A DNA stretch of 64,000 nt, from positions 7,828,422 to 7,892,421 of the forward strand of contig NC_092678.1 of NCBI RefSeq assembly GCF_964355755.1, written 5' to 3'. The stretch comes from Antedon mediterranea (taxonomy: Eukaryota > Animalia > Echinodermata). Of the stretch, positions 59,034 to 64,000 are shown piece by piece. Numbering within the stretch: position 1 is the stretch's first letter; each line of letters opens with the position of its first letter. Made by a program: the position numbers and the translations under genes. The notes beneath the pieces were generated by a model. The model searched no databases and was not told the origin of the DNA. It saw only the letters and a list, made by a program, of their open reading frames with translations.

Positions 59034-62000
59034 GAAATTCTTGCAATGTATTAAAGATCCTGGCAATAAAGTCATATGTGTGCATCAATCCTACAGTTCC
59101 AGAGGAGACTCGAGGTGACTTTGTTATCCACCAGCACTTTTTGAAACTACCAACTTACAATACTTTCAGCTAATAAACTAACATGATGCCACGTGGAAAC
59201 AACTTCTTCTGAATAGTCTAATACATCCAACTCACTGAATGATGTCCAGTAGGCCTACATTTTAGATGGTAGTGCTCTACTGCACAGCATTCCATGGAAT
59301 AGTGTAGAGATCTGTAAAAAATATTGCTCTGCATAGTCTTTGATAATTATGAAAGCGGCTCATCCACCAAAGACGGCGCACATGGTAAGGCGGGTCAGGT
59401 GGTAGTGTCCCTGTACATTTTACCAGTGACATGTTCCACAAAATAGGATCACTTTCTGTAACAAATAACAATTTATAAATCTTCTTAACTAGTATTTGAA
59501 CAACATGGCAATGAGTGAATGCAGCTGCTGATGCAGATGTTATTTCCGATAGTACAAAAAACCATTGAATCAGCAAACAGGAAAACATCTGTCATTATCC
59601 GATGACATGGATCTACTAGTGCTCCTCTGAAGTCAAGCATTTAAAACATCTTGTGATATTCTTTAGACTGGAGCTGAGATGATGTACTATCAAACTGGTT
59701 CAAACAGTACATTTGAGAGACATCTGTGATAACCTTCTGTTTGCTCATGCGATACGGGTGACACAACATCCAGAGTTTTCGGAATTGGAAAACAAGTGGC
59801 TCTAAAAAAAGCTTGTCATTGCACTTATTTCTGACATTATGCTGTAGTCTTCAGATGCAATAAACAAGCTACAAAGGATGACATTGTGGTTGCTAGAGAA
59901 AATGGTTTAGTGCGTCTGTACAATGGACTACCTGGACAACGTGGAATGCCTTTGACTCCATCCCATCTACAAGTACAACCTCGCATATCGCCAACTTCAT
60001 AATCGTACCACAACCAAGGTACTTAACATCATGTTCAAGTTCAAGTTATCTTTTAGCAATGGAGTGGGGTTGATATGTGTACCGAGGATTGGGGATGGAA
60101 GATCAGATGATGGAAACATGGTTCCTCTACACACAGACTTAAGACTGAACCATGAGTATCTCCTTGAAGCATTCAGGGGTAACTAGAACTACATGTGGTG
60201 AATGCAATGGCATTGCAATGTACTAATACCCGAACAAGAAAGTGATACTGATGACATATAAGTTGTGAGTCCTTTTCTATTTTAAGGATTAAACAATATC
60301 ATCCCACACGGAGCAATTCAAATAAAAAGGTCTGGATTAAAATGATCTTACAAAATATACAAAAATATCACAATATACAGTACAATATAACAAGAGTCAA
60401 AGTTCAAGAATTTAAGAGTCGGATGGCAACTGGCAAAAACAAATTTCTTTTCCAGTTTGTTCTACATGCCGGGCATTGAAAGTGACGCCCATGAGGCATG
60501 AGCTCGAAATCACTGAACAAGGCATGGTTAACATTTTTTACTTTTTTCTAGAGTTTGCATGTCACAGAAGGAAGATAAGCTACGAGGTTGACAACCTATT
60601 GATTTAGAACTTAAGTTAACAATTCTTTGTAGTGAGTTTCTCTCTTTGACCCTAAGACCAGCATATAAAGGAAAAAGTTAAAACGTTCTCAATAAAGGAA
60701 TTATAAAAAAACATAAGAATTACTTTATCGACATTAAAATGGTTCAGCTTCCTTAACAGATAAAGTCTCTGGTGTCCTTTCTTTACTATTGCCTCTGTAT
60801 TTAATTCCCAGCTGAGATTGTCCTCAAATATAGTACCTAGGTATTTAAAGGAATGGACAATATCGCTGGTTCGTCATTTGTGGGGGATAAAAGAGGGCTG
60901 CGTCCTTTCTACTTCCTAAAATCTACAATTATCTCCTTGGTTTTGGTCACATTGAGTTCCAAGTAGGAGTTTCCACAAAATTGGATAAAACCATCTAATG
61001 CGGAACTATGACCGTCCTGTGAATTTTGAAGGAGAGACAGCAAGACAGTGTCGTCAGCAAATTTGAAATGATGACTATTGTCCTGTTTGCTCCGACAGTC
61101 ATCCGTGTAAATAATATACAGGAGAGGAGAGAAGACGCAACCCTGCGAAGATCAAATACTTGTCATTACGTACATTCGTTGATACTAAAATTATCAACAA
61201 TCTATCTATAGTAAATCATGAGTTGATTCCAAATTATCAAGACTCATTAATTAATCAACAATAGTACATACCGCTAATGAATTTCAATTTTCTTCTAGCT
61301 AGCATCATTTTTCCTATTTCATGACGATACAATAGGTACAGGAAAAACATTATTTGCACCAAATACTTCCAAAATATAAATATAATATATATAAACATAA
61401 TTTAGTTTTACGCTATTTTAAGAAAATTTGAGTTTTTGTAAAAGGTCAATGACCTTTTGACCTCTAGTTACGTATAACTGTTGTATTAATTGTTTTTTTA
61501 ATGTATATTATTAGTAGGATATATATACTCTACACATACTAAAGCTATTTAGATTATAAAACAATGGATTATAGGCATAAACGCTACCCCTACCCCAAAA
61601 TTGTTTACCTTACATTTGATCAAGAATCAATTTCAATAAGAATAGTACATCATTACTTTTAAAATTCTTCTAGTTTACATCATGTTTCCTATTTTATATA
61701 TCGATAGGTACAGATAAAACACAATTTTGATTAAACGCATATACAATTATGGCACAATATTACAGTTAATCATTTTTTAAAGGAAAAAATGAGTTTTTGT
61801 AAAAGGTTAATAACCTTTTGACCTCTAGTTATATAAATAAATGTTGTATTTTGTTTTTTTAAATTGCATATTAGAAAGAAATATATTCTACACATTAAAA
61901 TCAAGATTATTGAGATTGGATTATAAAACCACAAGTTATGGGCATAAATGTTACCCCCTACCCCAAAATATTTATGGGATAAAATCACTATATAGTGGTT

Positions 62001-62156
62001 GAGATTACGTAAAAAATAATGTGTTCCAATGCTTCAATTTTCGGTAACTTTTAATATGTCATTATAAACTACATTTGGAATGAAAAAATTAATGTTTCGT
62101 TACTATTGCAATTTGTGGTGGGTTTACCTCTAAATATCACTAGATTGACTGGACTA
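56315..62156 (+). mobile_element. Inner Academ-like transposon with decayed transposase
   Basis: TIR TAGTCCAGTCAATCTA / TAGATTGACTGGACTA, TSD ATA; remnants WAGLSTDLVIE..MRSLK, DGSALLHSIPW, DTTSRVFGIGK (XPG-like), EDWGWK, CGECNG. Confidence 0.78.
60290..61155 (-). mobile_element. Rex1/Babar-like LINE 3' fragment
   Basis: Minus strand QGCVFSPLLYIIYTDDC, KFADD and LFLPVAIRLLN. Confidence 0.75.
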
Positions 62157-62247
62157 ATAGGGTGGGCAACCTGTATACCAAATTTGGTGCTTTTTGAAGA
62201 AACTGAACCAAACACCCTTATTTCAGCCCTAACAGACTCCACTAAAG

Positions 62248-64000
62248 GAGACTATTTCACGCCAATCGTACGAGTGAGCCAGGCCACAACAATTGAACCA
62301 GGCCATGAACAAATTGCCAATGCCTGGTGGAGCCACTGGACACAAATGAGATGGCTGCCGGAGGTCTCGTAATGGCCAGATTATTGGTTACAGACGGAGC
62401 GAACCAGATCCCTTTGCGGGTGTACAACCCAGATAAAGTAGTTCATAATTTGTTGGCAGGTACTAAGGTGGGGGTTCTATCCCCAGTTGAGGTATTACGA
62501 GAAGAGGCACCTCGACCGACAGTCTACTTGCAGAAAACGGTACACATTCCTGACCATTTATCTGATCTGTATAAAAGTAGTGTAGAGAGTGCGGGACAAG
62601 AGCACGGTGAACAGATTGCCCAGCTACTGAATAAACATGCAGACGTTTTTAGTAAAGGGGACCAAGATATAGGGCAAACTGGGTTGACAAAACACAGAAT
62701 CGAAACTGGAAATGCTGCTCCTATTCGGGAGGTACCACGGCGGCACCCTATTCAATACCAGGCGGATATTCAACAAGAAGTTGAAAGACTGTTAGAACGG
62801 GGGGTGATTGAGCCAACCAATAGCACCTGGGCAGCGAACATAGTGCTCGTAGCTAAGAAAGATGGAACCAAACGGTTTTGCGTAGACTACAGGAAACTGA
62901 ACGAAGCCACGATTAAGGATGCTTATCCCATACCTCGCATCGACGACTCATTGGATGCATTAGACGGGGCTACTTGTTTCTCTACCCTCGATTTAGCAGC
63001 AGGCTACTGGCAGGTGGAATTAGACCCGGAAGCACAGCAGAAGTCTGCGTTCGTGGTCAAGGCAGGCCATTACTCGTGGAAAGTAATGCCGTTTGGATTG
63101 TGCAATGCACCCTCGACATTCGAGCGCCTTATGGAACGGGTGTTAGCAGGTCTCCAATGTGAGACTCTTCTGGTGTATCTAGACGACATTATCGTTTACG
63201 CCAAGAACGTGCCGGAGGCAATATACCGCCTAGATGCAGTACTGAGTCGACTGGGAAGTGCAGGACTAAAATTGAAGCCGCCAAAATGTTCTCTGTTTCG
63301 CCCAGAGGTGTTATACCTGGGTCATATCGTCTCCAGTGATGGTATTCAGACTGATCCGGCTAAAATTGAAGCAATACGAGACTGGCCACCACCTCAATGC
63401 GTGCGGGACGTAAGGAGTTTTCTGGGGTTAGCATCCTACTATAGAAGGTTTATAGAGTGGTTTTCCAGTCTGGCAAAGCCGTTGTACCAGTTGACAGAGA
63501 AAGGCAGAGTTTTCGACTGGGGAGAAAGCCAAGAAAGAGCATTTGCGTTTGCAGAGATTGCCTATTCTAGCCTATCCTACTCCAGAAGGAGCGTTTATCC
63601 TGGATACCGACGCCAGCGATGTAGGTATCGGTGGTGTGCTGTCACAGATACAACAAGGAGAAGAACGAGTTATTGCTTATGCCAGTTGAACCTTGGGTAA
63701 AGCGGAGAAAAATTACTGTGTGACCAGACGAGAGTTGCTAGCCGTAGTTGTTTACTTACGCCATTTTCGTCAGTACCTGTATAGCCGACCAATACTCGTA
63801 CGAACTGACCACGCTTCCCTAAAGTGGCTAATAAATTTTCGAAATCCAGAAGATCAGCTTGCCAGATGGTTTGAAGCAATAGCTGAATACAATATTACAG
63901 TGCAGCACCGCCAGGGGATTCGTCATGGAAACGCAGACGGACTTTCCCGAAAGATTTGTAAGCAGTGTGGTCGGATGGAGAACGACGGAGGGACGAATAG
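62248..64000 (+). pseudogene. pol: Gypsy pol: RT and RNase H, with frameshifts and stops
   Basis: RFCVDYRKLN, MPFGLCNAP, YLDD and DTDASDVGIGGVLSQ. Confidence 0.95.

Larger units (their letters stand above)
48272..62244. mobile_element. Outer Academ-like DNA transposon with about 1.1-kb TIRs
   Basis: TAG...CTA termini, 3-bp TSD AAG; left arm 48272-49370 is the reverse complement of 55268-56314 plus 62160-62244. Confidence 0.8.
44230..64000 (+). mobile_element. Gypsy LTR retrotransposon, disrupted by nested insertions; runs off the right edge
   Basis: LTR end GTTACA at 44568, PBS, gag with CCHC knuckle, protease, RT, RNase H in Gypsy order; LTR start approximate. Confidence 0.92.

Noticed and set aside
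56193-59118. Duplicated short ORFs as a small-gene cluster
   Set aside because: They are pieces of TIR and decayed transposase inside the tandem duplication

Overview
AT-rich metazoan (invertebrate-like) genomic DNA; nothing here looks prokaryotic. The core is a complete 19-exon + strand B-Raf-type kinase gene (11929-39010, 773 aa when spliced by hand) with a U12-type minor intron, two micro-exons and a poly-His exon. To its left are a disrupted minus-strand multi-exon gene, a minimal hammerhead ribozyme next to a tRNA-like unit, and a 5'-truncated CR1/L2-type LINE. To its right is a Gypsy LTR retrotransposon broken by nested insertions: a Helitron, and a 14-kb Academ-like element that contains a second Academ and an intact LINE, which itself carries a Kolobok MITE. 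The most striking item is that intact LINE. Its single 1200-aa ORF begins with a signal-peptide-like, Cys-containing, internally duplicated 245-aa leader, separated from the endonuclease-RT by a virus-like 2A StopGo motif. All calls were made by eye; no database searches or folding programs were run.
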